Assembly: GCA_905178155.1 (NCBI GenBank)
Contig: CAJINV010000021.1
Coordinates: forward strand, 349,760-413,759
DNA length: 64,000 nucleotides
Source: Amoebophrya sp. A120
Lineage: Eukaryota > Protista > Dinoflagellata
Direction: 5' to 3'
Both the position numbers and the translations under genes were made by a program. Shown piece after piece: positions 39,901-50,506 of the stretch. Numbering within the stretch: position 1 is the first letter of the stretch; the number at the start of each line of letters is the position of its first letter. The notes beneath the pieces are model-generated. The model was not told the DNA's origin and made no database searches. It worked only from the letters and a program-made list of their open reading frames with translations.

Positions 39901-40465
39901 AAGTGGTCTATGACGCACATCCAGCACGACAAGCGGAACTCTTTCGCATTTTCTGCATCACAGACTTACACTTATGCATTTTTTTTCTCGCATACAGCGT
40001 CCACTGGGTCGAGGACGTCGTCGTCAACAGTGCGCTATCCTGTGCAAAAGTTGTATCGTACTCGTACTTCTTCTAAGTGCGTTCATGCATTACAAATCTT
40101 TCTTTCAAGGCAACTCCGCATTACAAATTTTAATTTGTAACGCTAAGTCAATTTGTAATGCATAAATACGAGTACGATACTTTTGCAGTTCATATGCGCC
40201 GAAATTCGCGCGGGCCTATCTGAAATCGCACATGGCCAGTTGGATCGCACTGCACCCGGACAACGAGAAGCACTTTCTGTTCGACATCGCTGCGGTGAAA
40301 TCGCAGGTGCGCTCGGGGGTTGCCGTCATCGTCAACGGGCACCTTGAGGTGGAAAAGGCCGCTGCGTCGTCGATAGTGCCAACCGCGTCGTCGATACTGC
40401 CAACCGTGTCCTCGGCTTTGTCGACAGTGTCAAATGTCGTGTCACAACTGCCAGGTTGGCACTAA
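33943..40465 (+). CDS. Patatin/cPLA2-like (lyso)phospholipase-family protein, paralog 1, with 10 introners
   Basis: Reconstructed protein has LSVGSTHAY, nucleophile elbow GASGGSW and VGDGG (catalytic Asp motif); colinear with the paralog at 41672-45786; hydrophobic N-terminus. Exons between 34657 and about 35430 are unresolved. Confidence 0.75.
34336..34591. mobile_element. Introner, family C
   Basis: tatagcgttctcaaacgtt / aacgtttgagaacgccata; similar to 1730-1968; flanks gactg/aaatg; join PGL|PPGLEG. Confidence 0.85.
35592..35844. mobile_element. Introner, family A
   Basis: tatcaagtgaaaaaagtgtctgggtctggaaga / tcttccagacccagacacttttgcagttgata; perfect direct repeat gagcg; site empty in paralog 2. 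Confidence 0.96.
36782..37101. mobile_element. Introner, family F
   Basis: tatcctgagtaaaaacgtcccc / ggggacgtttttacacaggata; flanks ccttc/ctttc. Confidence 0.93.
37139..37310. mobile_element. Introner, family G (long TIR, single copy here)
   Basis: tatcacacagaaataagctggcagggcatatttgta...tacaaatgtgccctgcccgcttttttctctgggata; perfect direct repeat aaaat; join LPKM|LTYTVQT matches paralog LIPMTTYTVQT. Confidence 0.93.
37642..37869. mobile_element. Introner, family B
   Basis: tatgcattgcaaaagcatcgtact / agtacgatacttttgcaattcata; flanks ccggt/tcggt; join NR|YLVGDGG. Confidence 0.93.
37965..38115. mobile_element. Introner, family B (diverged)
   Basis: tatcaaatacaattgtatcgtact...catttgcaaagcata; perfect direct repeat cgcaa; join VLA|NDGGLNADLHGY matches the paralog. 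Confidence 0.9.
38240..38517. mobile_element. Introner, family A (diverged)
   Basis: tatcaactgcaaatgtgtctagctctgga / tccagacgcagacatatttgcactccata; perfect direct repeat tgccc; join QVP|ISLRALFG matches the paralog. Confidence 0.93.
39082..39272. mobile_element. Introner, family H
   Basis: taggcagtacaaacttccc...ggaaattttttactgtggata; flanks catga/catgc; right end shared with 62281-62434. Confidence 0.85.
39785..39994. mobile_element. Introner, family J (single copy here)
   Basis: tatccagggaaaaaactgtaagtgtaa / ttacacttatgcattttttttctcgcata; perfect direct repeat cagcg; join ATS|VHW matches paralog ATSIDW. Confidence 0.9.
40036..40194. mobile_element. Introner, family B
   Basis: tatcctgtgcaaaagttgtatcgtactcgta / tacgagtacgatacttttgcagttcata; perfect direct repeat tgcgc. 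Confidence 0.95.
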
Positions 40466-41671
40466 GTGCAGTATCTCTTGTTACAAGTAAGTTTACAAGT
40501 ACAAGAAGTTGTCTCGTCAGAAGTTTTTCAATTGTTCTCGCAAGAATATTGTCAGATCACAAAGAAATCAGAATCACTCCGCTATTTACCTCATGAGCAA
40601 ATTCATTGAAATTCAAGATCATCGGTGTCAAAGAACTCGAAAAATATCCTCAAACCGCTTGTAATTGAATGGCGGCGTCGACATGCCTTGTCTATTTTAT
40701 ATTTATATGTTTGTCGTTCTTCTCGTCGACCGTTTATAGATGATTCTACTCGCTTGCACTTTTTCTTTTACTCCTCATTGTTCCGTACTACACTACTATC
40801 TCCTGGTATTAATGTTGACACTCGACAGTGGCAGCGATTTTTGCTATTGTGTGCCTATCAAGAACGGAAGTTTATTCGTGGTCACACTGTATAATATCTT
40901 TCAGTTTCAAAAAAAGTTGTACATGAAACGAGACTTTTTACTTCAGACGCTGCCGTGTCTGCTCGATAACATTGATTTGTCACGATCAGAAAATGTTTCT
41001 ACAGTTGGACTTGGATTGGAAAAGGAAAAAATATTAATATGGTAGAAGACTCCTGTCTTAGTCTTTCATGTCCCTGTGTCAACGATACTTGGCATAGTTG
41101 TTTCGCACCCAAACTAAACTGCTCTTCGTCCTTTTCCAAGTCTTGAAGAACGCGAAAACATTGTCGTCCATTTCAGATTTTTCAGTCGTTGACGTTTCTC
41201 GTAATGGTGTGGTATAATCGTCCTCGTCTTCGTGCAAAAAATACAAAAAGAATAAGAAGATGATAAGTACGTCCATCGTGGTCTTTTGGTACTTTCGTTT
41301 TTTCGTCCGTTTTGTGATCGTGCGTTTGTTGCTTCTGTGGTAACCTGGTACGTATTACAGGTACGTAAAAGCACCTGCTTCCTTCACTTTACTCCCAGGC
41401 TGCTATCGTCCCCAGTTTAATACCGTAATAGTAGCACCAGGATTGCCACCAACTCGCAAAGTGATAGCGGTACTCACAAAGGAGCAATAGAGGTACCAGT
41501 AGCCATCTTTTCGATCGACAAATATACTCAATATTTACTTAACTTTTGCTTTTGCTACTAGTTTTTTCAGCGGCGAAAAGTAGTTGTACACGACACCTCT
41601 GCGCCGACGTTCTTCCCGTCGTACGTTGCTCATCGTTGGAAGTATAGTTTGGAAAGAAAAAAGTGACGAAA

Positions 41672-44600
41672 ATGGGCGTGAACGTGATCAGTTGTCTCGT
41701 AAGCGATGGCCGCTCCCCGAGCCGGAAACCAAACTACGGAGCGCCTTGTTTTCAGCGAGCTTCATCATCTTCGAGCAATCAGAACAATCATGAACCGGAC
41801 ACAGCAGCAGCAGCTGTCCCTAGTACCCGCCGCAGCGGTCGTATCTGTGCTTCTGAGATGAAGAAATCGGGTTGCAGCTCTACTGTTGGGGCCGGCGCGT
41901 GGTTTTCTCTTTCCGTTCTGTGCAGCGTTGTTCCCCATCTAAATCTCGTTGAAGCGTACAAAATGCAAGCGGGAAAAATCGGAACAAAATCCAAGTCCAC
42001 AGCGGGGGCTGCCGCAAAAAAGCAAGCGTACTACAAAAAAATGCAGGCGGGGGCCGGCGCGGCAACCAAAAAATCCAAATCGAAAGCGGGAGCTGCAGCA
42101 CAGAAGCAAGCGCACAAAAAAATGCAGGCAGGGGAAGGAACGCAATCCAAGTCCAAAGCGGGAGCTGCAGCAGAGAGCCAAGCCGCGAGGAGGGTGCAGA
42201 CGGAGATGGGACGAACGAAATCGAAATCCAAGTTCAAGGCGGGAGCTGCCGCGGAGAAAGTCAAAGCGGAGAAAGTGAAAGCGTTGGCGGGGGCCCGAAC
42301 AACCGAAGCCAAGTCCTCCAAAGCGGCCACTGCAAAAACGAAGCGCAGTAGTACTATCACGTCCACAACTAAGACGAGAACCACGTCACTGCTGCAGCGC
42401 AAGCAATCCGAGAGGGAGAAGCAGAAGGAAAAGGAGAGGCACCTGCGTCTCCTGGTTTCCGCGCTGAAGGATGATGATGCAGCAGCGTCGACTTCCAAGA
42501 ACAAAACTGCCGATGAAGGTGAACAAGACAGTGCTTGCTGCGGGGGCGGAGTAAATGACGAAAGCACCAGCGAAGACGAGGACGCAACAAACCCAACCAA
42601 CGAAACCGTTAAAGCGGTCACCAGTCCAAGTCGTGGGGGAGGTGGTGGTGGTAGTACGACCTCTTTTTCGCCCAAAGACAAAGATGTCGATACCACTTGT
42701 GAAAACGAGGCCGGTGCCGAGATCGCGGCCCCTTACTGTCCGGAGATTGATACAGAGTGTCGCGAGCTGGACGGGAAGAACTTTTTCCAGGCCGATCCGC
42801 TCATCGGGCAGGAGGAGAATGCGAGCGAGCTGAACGAAAACACGAAGCAGCAGCACCCCCCGATGCGGCACATGCCGGATCTGAGCGCGCTGGCGCTCAG
42901 TGTGGGCAGCACGCACGCCTACGTCGCGCACGTCGGCGTGATGCGGGGGCTTGTGCAGCTGCGCGACGACGAGATTACGCAGTTGTTGGACGAGAAACAC
43001 GGCGCAGCTGCTGGGGAAAGCAACCACGCGGCGGAGTCCTTATTTCCCCCGGAAGACGGCGACACCAGCGCGGAGAAGCTGAAGACCCTGCTCGGAGACG
43101 ACAATTTTATGCTGACCTCCTACCCGGCCTACCTGTACGGGGCCTCGGGCGGGTCGTGGCTCGCGAGTCTGTTGTTCTACAGCAGTGGGAATAACACGGA
43201 CGGTTCTTTATTGAACACGGCGGACTACAAAAGCGACGACGCGCAACAGGTGTGGGACGACTTTAAGGCACTGTACACGTCGACACTCTCCAAAACGGAC
43301 ACCTCCGCGAATGACAATCTGAAGACCAACGCGGGCCTGCTCGACTTGTTTCTCACCAGCTCGCATCAAAAAGGCGTGGACGGCAAGGGCTCGGAACTGA
43401 ACAGCGATCTGTTGTTGGACATTTTGCTGACGACCCCGAAGTATGGCGGCCTGGCCCGGTTCTGGGCCAACTTTGTGAACCGGGCGTTTTTTCAGGCGGT
43501 GGAGCAAACCGTGGACAAGGACAAGACTCTGCCCCTGTGGCACTTTCCTTCTCCCGAAGACGAGCTGCTGCGGAAAAACACTTTACAGCCCTACGTGGTC
43601 ACCACCGTCACTTTATTGCGCGAACTACTTTGCGGGACCGCGTGCGAGAAGGAGGATTTTTTCCTGCTGTTGCAAGAACACACGCCGTATGGCGTCGGGC
43701 AGGTGAACCTGGGGAACAACGAAGACCTATACGGCTTCTTTCCCCGCAAGTGTCTGCAGTACACGATGCCGCCCGAGGACAACTCCGGCGACCGGGGCCG
43801 GTACCGGCACATGACACCAGCCTGGTCCGCGGCCTGGTCCTCCACCGTGTTGACCGGCCCGGTGGACGGCATCTACCAGAACCTTGAGGGATTTTTGAAA
43901 CAAGCGCTCGCACATCTAATCCCCATGACGACTTACACGGTGCAGACCGCGTATGACGACGATATCGACAGTATAGTACATGCTGCATCAAAGTTAGATG
44001 AATACGAAAAAGCATGAGATTAAGAGCGTGCACATATAAATGCAAGGAGTCTACTACTTGGCGTATAGCAGCACCAATTTTCTTTAGTTTTACACAAAAA
44101 ATTGACTTCGATGATTAAGATTAAGATTGACAACGACAAAACACTCCATGATACAGCCCCTGCGCCCAATTCCGTCCAAAATGCGGAGCGGTACATGGTC
44201 GGCGATGGCGGGTTTGTCGATTCCACGAGCATCCCGGCCTGCCTCCGCCGCGGAATGAAGCGGATCGTCGCCGTTATGGCGGAAGACGGGGGACTGAATG
44301 CGGATTTGCACGGCTATGCGAATTTGATGGAAGAAGGGGACGACGGCTCGCACGTAGAAGATGAAGGTGATGATGAACAAGATCCTCCTCCCGCTGGAAC
44401 AACAACCTGCAACCTCGAGTTGGTTAACCAAGTACCGATTAGTCTGCGGGCGCTGTTTGGCTTCTCCGACAACTTTCTCGACCCGAAAACTGGGCTGTGG
44501 GACAAGCTGATCCACTATCAAATGTAAAAATGTCTGGGTCTGGAAGAGTGCGCGATTTGTCATGCAGCTTTTCCATGACCCATGAGGTCTGGAATGCAGG

Positions 44601-45786
44601 ACCCAGCATGACAGATTCTGTGCGACCTTTCTCATGCCTATCCTGCATGAGAAACTGCCTCCCGACTTGGTCAAAACTCGACGGCTTTTGGTAATCATGC
44701 AACACAGATTTTTGCATGCTGCAGATTTAGCATGACAAGTTGCATTCTTCCAGACCCAGACATTTTTACATTTGATATCCACGACTATGGGATGGTGTAC
44801 ACAAGAAACCAAGTGTTTCACGTATCCTGAGTAAAAATGTCCCCACACCAGAGTCAAGATGGGAAATCTGCTAGACAAATCGGCAAGCTTTGGGAGTTGT
44901 GCATGACAAGTTTCCGTCTGTAGTATAGTGGTGCATAGCAAGGCAAGCCGCATGAGAAAGCCGATTTCTCTTCCTGTTGACAGCATTACAAATGTCGAAT
45001 CACTATTGGAAATACCTCTCATGGGGATGCGCATTACAAATGTTCCTGTCATTGCGCATTTGCATTACAACTCTGGGGTGGGTACGTTTTTACACAGCAT
45101 ACCACGAGGACGACCTGTGCCCCGTAATTCGCGCGCTGGTGGAAAACGAACACAATGGGTACGTGCAGACGTTCGAACTGACCACGGTGGAAAACGAGCA
45201 CTACGGCATCCCCGAGGGACACAATGTGGTGATTACCTTCTTCCTCCTCTACGCAACTTTACCCCCGGCGCCGACCCAGGGGGCGCTGAATTTGGCCGTG
45301 CCGCCAGGGTATGCGGAGCTGTTCAAGGACGTCGCGGAGTTAGCATCTTACGACATCGCCGTCACTACCCACCGGGGGTCGGTCGACGAGTTCGCCGCCG
45401 CCACGGGTATGCTCTCTACCTTCATCACCAGCGCGGACGAGCATGTGGCCAGCAGCGGCGCCAACTCGGGAAGTACAACCGTCGTGAATGCCACCGAAGA
45501 GCTGGCCAAAATCCAGCTGGTACCGCAGGCGGACTTGAACTTGACGGCGCAGGTGCAGAGGCAGCTGCACCGGGCGACGAGCATCGACTGGTTCGCAGAT
45601 GTGGTGGTCAACAGTGCGAAGAAGTTTGCGCGGGCGTTTTTCCTGTCGCACATGGCCACGTGGATCACGCTGCACGAGGAGAACAAGAAGCACTTTGTGT
45701 TTGACGCCGACACCGTGAAAAACAGCGGCGTTGTCCTTACCCTGCCCCTGCCGGTTGATGAGGCGGAGACGGACTCGTCGGTGTAA
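41672..45786 (+). CDS. Patatin/cPLA2-like (lyso)phospholipase-family protein, paralog 2
   Basis: ORFs 41663, 44102 and 44977 joined by a GT-AG intron (about 43971-44087) and two introners; motifs LSVGSTHAY, GASGGSW, VGDGGFVD; hydrophobic segment AWFSLSVLCSVV followed by a K/A-rich repeat. Confidence 0.8.
41959..42300 (+). repeat. Imperfect coding tandem repeat, about 4 units of roughly 25 aa (KKMQAG...KSKSKAGAAA)
   Basis: Repeated aaaatgcaggcggg...aaatccaagtc...gcgggagctgc visible in DNA and translation. Confidence 0.8.
44516..44777. mobile_element. Introner, family A (near reverse complement of 23551-23818)
   Basis: Perfect TIR tatcaaatgtaaaaatgtctgggtctggaaga / tcttccagacccagacatttttacatttgata; perfect direct repeat tccac. 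Confidence 0.96.
44823..45101. mobile_element. Introner, family F
   Basis: tatcctgagtaaaaatgtcccca / tgggtacgtttttacacagcata; flanks tcacg/ccacg; join QVFH|EDDLCP matches paralog QVFAKADLCP. Confidence 0.93.
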
Positions 45787-46698
45787 GTATCTCTTCCACG
45801 GTTGAAAAAAAATTCCGAGTCTACGGTCGTTTCCCTTTTTTTGTAAATTTGTCTTTTGATGTTTTCATCACATTTGCCCACTTACTGGTACATTGTCTTT
45901 TCACATTCGCATATCTGTCTTGACGTGGCCTCTGCTCTTGCAGCAGCATGTCGAGAGCCTTTCTTGCTTTTTTCTCTCCCCACCTCAAGAGCAGACGCAA
46001 GCGTCAGTCATTTTTCGGTCGCCTTCCCGGTCCCAATTTTTTCATCTATCTAAGTACTTCTTCGCCCCCCCCTCATCGGAACCCAAAGTCAGTTGTAGGT
46101 AAGACTAAAAACACAAAGGCTAGTATCTGAACGTGAACTCCGCGATTACTTTAGCTTTAGCTTTTGAACTTGAAAGAAGCAACATTTTTTACTAGTAAGA
46201 AAAAAGTACGTACTAGGACAGCTCAAGAACATCATCAACAAGCACGTTGTAAGCTCTCCTACGAACAATAGCTTGCGTTTCGAAATCGACATCATGAAAA
46301 CAAAGCACTAGTAGGGTTTCATGAAGTAAACATGCAGTGGAACGAGTTTAAGTTGAAGCTGTCGAAGCGATGACTTTCATAAACCTGCAGCTCGCCGGCG
46401 TAAGACAGTAACATAATACGACACAGCAGCGTTAGTTACTGAAATGAATGCCTCTTGATCTTGGTTTTGTTTTCTGTTCGAGGATCATTTTTTCCCATTT
46501 CCAGTCTATTGCCAGGATCGTCAGGATACACCGAAAGTTCGGAATGCCGATTCAGGCTTGCCGATTGTTGTGGTAAAGTCGCTCCATATGTTGAGTTTCT
46601 CCATTTTGCAAAGAAAAAGATCGTAGTTTTTTTGGAAAACCTCAACGACAAGAACGTCCCTTACATCCGCTATTTATTTTTATGCTTATTTTTGAAAC

Positions 46699-49338
46699 AT
46701 GAAGCAACTCGGAGTCGGAGGTAACGGTCCAACAAGTGAGGCTCCCACTGTAGCCGCAACACAACGACGGCATGGCGTGCGTCCGCTTCAGGTGAGACGC
46801 CGGAACAAAAGCCACAAAGTCGTCGGAGGACCTGCAGGTCGTCGGCATAATCAGGTTCAGGGAAAGATGAGGGACGACTGGCCGCACGAACGTCGCTTTT
46901 GCTTCGCAGTCTCGGGACGAAGAATTATTGAAATGCTGCTTTTTTCCGCGTTCTTTATCTTCCACGGCATGCAGACCGGACAAGCTGTTCGCGTTCAAGC
47001 GGGTTTTCCTGTTAGAAGCGCTGGCCGCACCGTACCGATGCAAGACGTCGAGCGTGTAGAAGATAAAGCGGAACCAGGTGGAAAATCGGAGACCGCACCA
47101 GTCGTAGACCCCTCGGATAGAAGCAACCTTAGTTCCTCCACGACACCAGAGTCTGAGTCAGATTTGCGGCGACCCAGAAGTGCCTCCAGCTCCCCGTGCG
47201 CCCCCGCCGATCAAGATCATCTTCCTCTTCGACCAGAACAGCATTACTTCTCCCCTCCTCCAGTTACGCTTGACGATGCAAAGATGATGATCAAGCGGGC
47301 CCTGTCGATGTCGTCTGCCACGGCCAGCACAGCGTGCTCGCCGCTTTCCAACTACACCGAGGACCCGCCCGATACGGCAGAACTGATGTTGACAGGCTGT
47401 GGTCACGACCTCCTTCGGTCCTCGTGTGAGGACGTTGTAAAAAGAGCGACGACGCGGACGCATGAACAAGACCATGTCGACGACTGCTCTGGAGTAGCTG
47501 CGCTGAGAGGAGGGGAGCGAGGAGCTGCATCATCATTGCTCTCGAAACCTGGGGCGGCGGAAATGGATTCTTTGCGTCTTCCGGCTCCCGAAACAGGACC
47601 ACGACAGTTGCAGGAGCAGCTCCAAAAAGATCACATTTGTTCCCATGGCCGTCCTCCACCCCCTCCGAAGTCGACTACTACAACTCGTAACGCCATCAAA
47701 GTGACCGCGCTGAGTGGGAGGCTGCTGTATGATTCGGATTGGTTCAGGAAAACAAAAACCAAGACAATAAATTATATGGAGGATCAGCATCACGGCAACG
47801 ACGATTCTACTCTCAGGGACGAAACCGACACCACCGTCGAACAGCTTCAGGACTATTTGCTGGATTTGCACGGCCAGCACTTCGACCTCGCGCCTTGCTC
47901 TGGAACATGTGCTGGTACTAGTAGTTCATCTAACGTGCCAGGAGCGCAACAGGCGGCTGTGGTCGAGGACGTCGTGGGCAACATTCGTTTAACTTCAAGA
48001 ACATCATGCAGCAATGCTAGTCCTAGTACTCATCGTCCGGATGAAGATGAAGATGCTACTTCTAGTACCAAAAACTACGACGTGCAAGCCAAAGATGGGG
48101 AAAAATTTTTACCGACGAAAGGGGCGCCGCAAGATGAGCCGCTACTTTTGCAACCGCTCCAGGCCAACCATTTTCTATTCGAAAAGGCCGTGGAAGAAGT
48201 GCCGGACGCTATGTTGACTTCGTCCACAACCTCCACCGACATCGTCTACCTCACTGCGGTTGCCAAGCCGTTCGAAAGCGTGGCGCAATTGCTCCGTGCG
48301 CTGTGGCGGCGGGAGCTCTGGAAGAAGGTTGAAAGGGTGGACGACGAGGTGGCACTAGGGCGGGAGCAGCATGGAGATCGGAGGTTTATTGTTAATATCG
48401 ATGTCGATGTCCACCACCACCAAGACCAGCTCCCCTCAGCCGAAGAGGTCGACGAGAAGCTGCGAACCGAGCTCGAACGGCTGATACAAGAGTGGCATTC
48501 GGACCTGTGGTGCGTCGATAACATCGGTGCCGCGAGGAGGGAGCTCTGGTTGAAATTTCTCCAGGGGTTTCCGATGGCAAGTGACAATGAAGTAGAGCAG
48601 CAGCTTGTGGATTTAACATTGCTCGCCCTGCCGGACCCGCGGCTTTTCTGTACCATGGGTAAAATCGCGTCCAACCGTGTGGTGCTGGAGCTGGCATCTT
48701 CTTCACGCAGTGATAAGCCCGCTACAACTCGAGGAAGTGGAAGTGAAACAGGCACAGCAATTGCAAATAACGGAAAAATCGCGGGAACCACTGGTGCAGC
48801 GGAGCACAATAGAGAAGTAGATCACGATAATGGCACAACAACGCAACGGCCGCGTCAAGAACGTTTTCAGCATGATCCTAGTCTCACCCTAGCGGGGGCA
48901 CCAGCACAGGAACCCTCCGGCCTTAAAAACGAGTTCTTGGACTACACCGCCGGAATTATGCCAACATCTCCAAGAGACGACATGACGGCTCGTCGTCGGC
49001 AAAAAGAATTTGAGGCGTTATTCGGGAAAGCGAAAGACAACTCAAACAACCAGGAGGACGATGAAGACCACAACGCTACTTCGTCTGCTTTTGCTGTGGA
49101 CAGCCAGCATCAAAAAGGACCAGTCGACAAGAGTTTTCTTATCCGCGCACTGCTTTTCTCGCAACCTACTTGTGGCTCGAAGTTTGGGGTGCAGATCCGG
49201 GCGAACGGTGACGTCGAACTACTGTGGAGTGTGGTGCAGCGTCGTCAGGCGGGGCAAGAACTGCTAGGTGGAGTGGTTAGTGGTAGGAGGGTCATGCGCG
49301 TGTCAAACCTCTTCGGCTTGCGTGATACTGATATGTAA
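46699..49338 (+). CDS. Hypothetical protein, single long ORF (879 aa); may start at MLLFSAFFIF (46933) with a signal peptide
   Basis: Uninterrupted 2.6-kb ORF with composition like neighbouring genes; no recognised domain. Confidence 0.7.
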   Translation: MKQLGVGGNGPTSEAPTVAATQRRHGVRPLQVRRRNKSHKVVGGPAGRRHNQVQGKMRDDWPHERRFCFAVSGRRIIEMLLFSAFFIFHGMQTGQAVRVQAGFPVRSAGRTVPMQDVERVEDKAEPGGKSETAPVVDPSDRSNLSSSTTPESESDLRRPRSASSSPCAPADQDHLPLRPEQHYFSPPPVTLDDAKMMIKRALSMSSATASTACSPLSNYTEDPPDTAELMLTGCGHDLLRSSCEDVVKRATTRTHEQDHVDDCSGVAALRGGERGAASSLLSKPGAAEMDSLRLPAPETGPRQLQEQLQKDHICSHGRPPPPPKSTTTTRNAIKVTALSGRLLYDSDWFRKTKTKTINYMEDQHHGNDDSTLRDETDTTVEQLQDYLLDLHGQHFDLAPCSGTCAGTSSSSNVPGAQQAAVVEDVVGNIRLTSRTSCSNASPSTHRPDEDEDATSSTKNYDVQAKDGEKFLPTKGAPQDEPLLLQPLQANHFLFEKAVEEVPDAMLTSSTTSTDIVYLTAVAKPFESVAQLLRALWRRELWKKVERVDDEVALGREQHGDRRFIVNIDVDVHHHQDQLPSAEEVDEKLRTELERLIQEWHSDLWCVDNIGAARRELWLKFLQGFPMASDNEVEQQLVDLTLLALPDPRLFCTMGKIASNRVVLELASSSRSDKPATTRGSGSETGTAIANNGKIAGTTGAAEHNREVDHDNGTTTQRPRQERFQHDPSLTLAGAPAQEPSGLKNEFLDYTAGIMPTSPRDDMTARRRQKEFEALFGKAKDNSNNQEDDEDHNATSSAFAVDSQHQKGPVDKSFLIRALLFSQPTCGSKFGVQIRANGDVELLWSVVQRRQAGQELLGGVVSGRRVMRVSNLFGLRDTDM

Positions 49339-50506
49339 AATAAGTTCGGATGGAAATATGATAAGGGTGAAAAGATGTTTCCGAAGATGAAAAAGCCGAG
49401 TTTTGATCTCCGCGAAACCAAAAACCAAAAATTAGATTATGTATCTACAATAGAATGCAAATGAATCAACTACGTGCAGCAAGACAGAGAGATTACAGAT
49501 GATCACTCTGCCTGCCTGGTAGCGGAGGTAGTTTTCGACCTATATTAAGACTTTCTTGCTGCAAGTATTCGGATTGCCATTTTTCGCTGTCGAGAAAGAA
49601 GGTGTGTTTTTCTCGCAAAAGGGCATATAGAATGAATCGAGAACAACAAATGTAAACAATTCCGCGGATCTTGTCATCTACATCTTCGACAGCCAGGGAA
49701 TTATCTGGTGGCCTGCTTCGCAAGCTATGCTGCTTGACGCTAAACGTAAACGTAAAAAACTCCTTGAAAATAAGATTTTGAATTATGCACGTAAAGAAGT
49801 ACTTAGAATATCCCACACTGATAAAAACTCGGCTTTGTGCAGCACTCAAGAGCGCCTATTTCGTTGGCATCGGATTTACATTTCTTCAACAATCTTGCAT
49901 GCATAATTTTGATTTCACGTATAGTCACAAGTGTAATTATGTTCGTTACGCGACCTCATCGGCGCTCCGTCATTGATGCTTGACTTTCGGTATTGAGATT
50001 GATACGGCGTGTTCCTGCTCCGGTGCCTGTTCCGGTGCCTGCTCGACCTTGCCTCGTTGGCACAACGGAATAGTTATGGGACGAAGACTTCAACATAGAG
50101 CGATAATCTTTTCTACGATGTGGTAGTAGTTTTGGTATGTCTATTGAGGCGCACAATTTTTAATTTTGAAGACGGGACCGAGAGTAGTTGTAGTTCAGTT
50201 CCACTAGGTGTGATGTGTTTGTTGTGCTCGTCGTCCTCGTTCCCCGCCGCTAAAGTTTTGTACAAGGACGCAACAGAGTGAAAGCATGAGCGAAAGGCTG
50301 TGCGGAGCAGGTCGACTATTTCGCGTCCGTGCTACCTACTTAGCGAGTTCTTTTTGGAGGATACATACTGCCTACAACTTCATCAGAAGGTTTGAAACAA
50401 CGTCGTAAATGAACGGAAAGAACCGATCTCCAAGACCGATCTTACCAACAGACGGAGGGGTAGAGCACTAAGACGCTTCAGAGCTGTGCAATAGAACCAC
50501 AGAACA

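Noticed and set aside
41495-41515. gtagccat resembling part of the dinoflagellate spliced leader
   Set aside because: Only about 8 nt match; not distinguishable from chance.
43952-44067. tatgacg...cgtata as a further introner in paralog 2
   Set aside because: No TSD, negligible TIR and the 5-nt join hits a stop; a canonical GT-AG intron at about 43971-44087 explains the frame.
46699-49338. Long intronless ORF as the autonomous transposase of the introners
   Set aside because: No recognisable DDE, tyrosine-recombinase or RT motifs and no flanking TAT...ATA TIRs or TSD seen.
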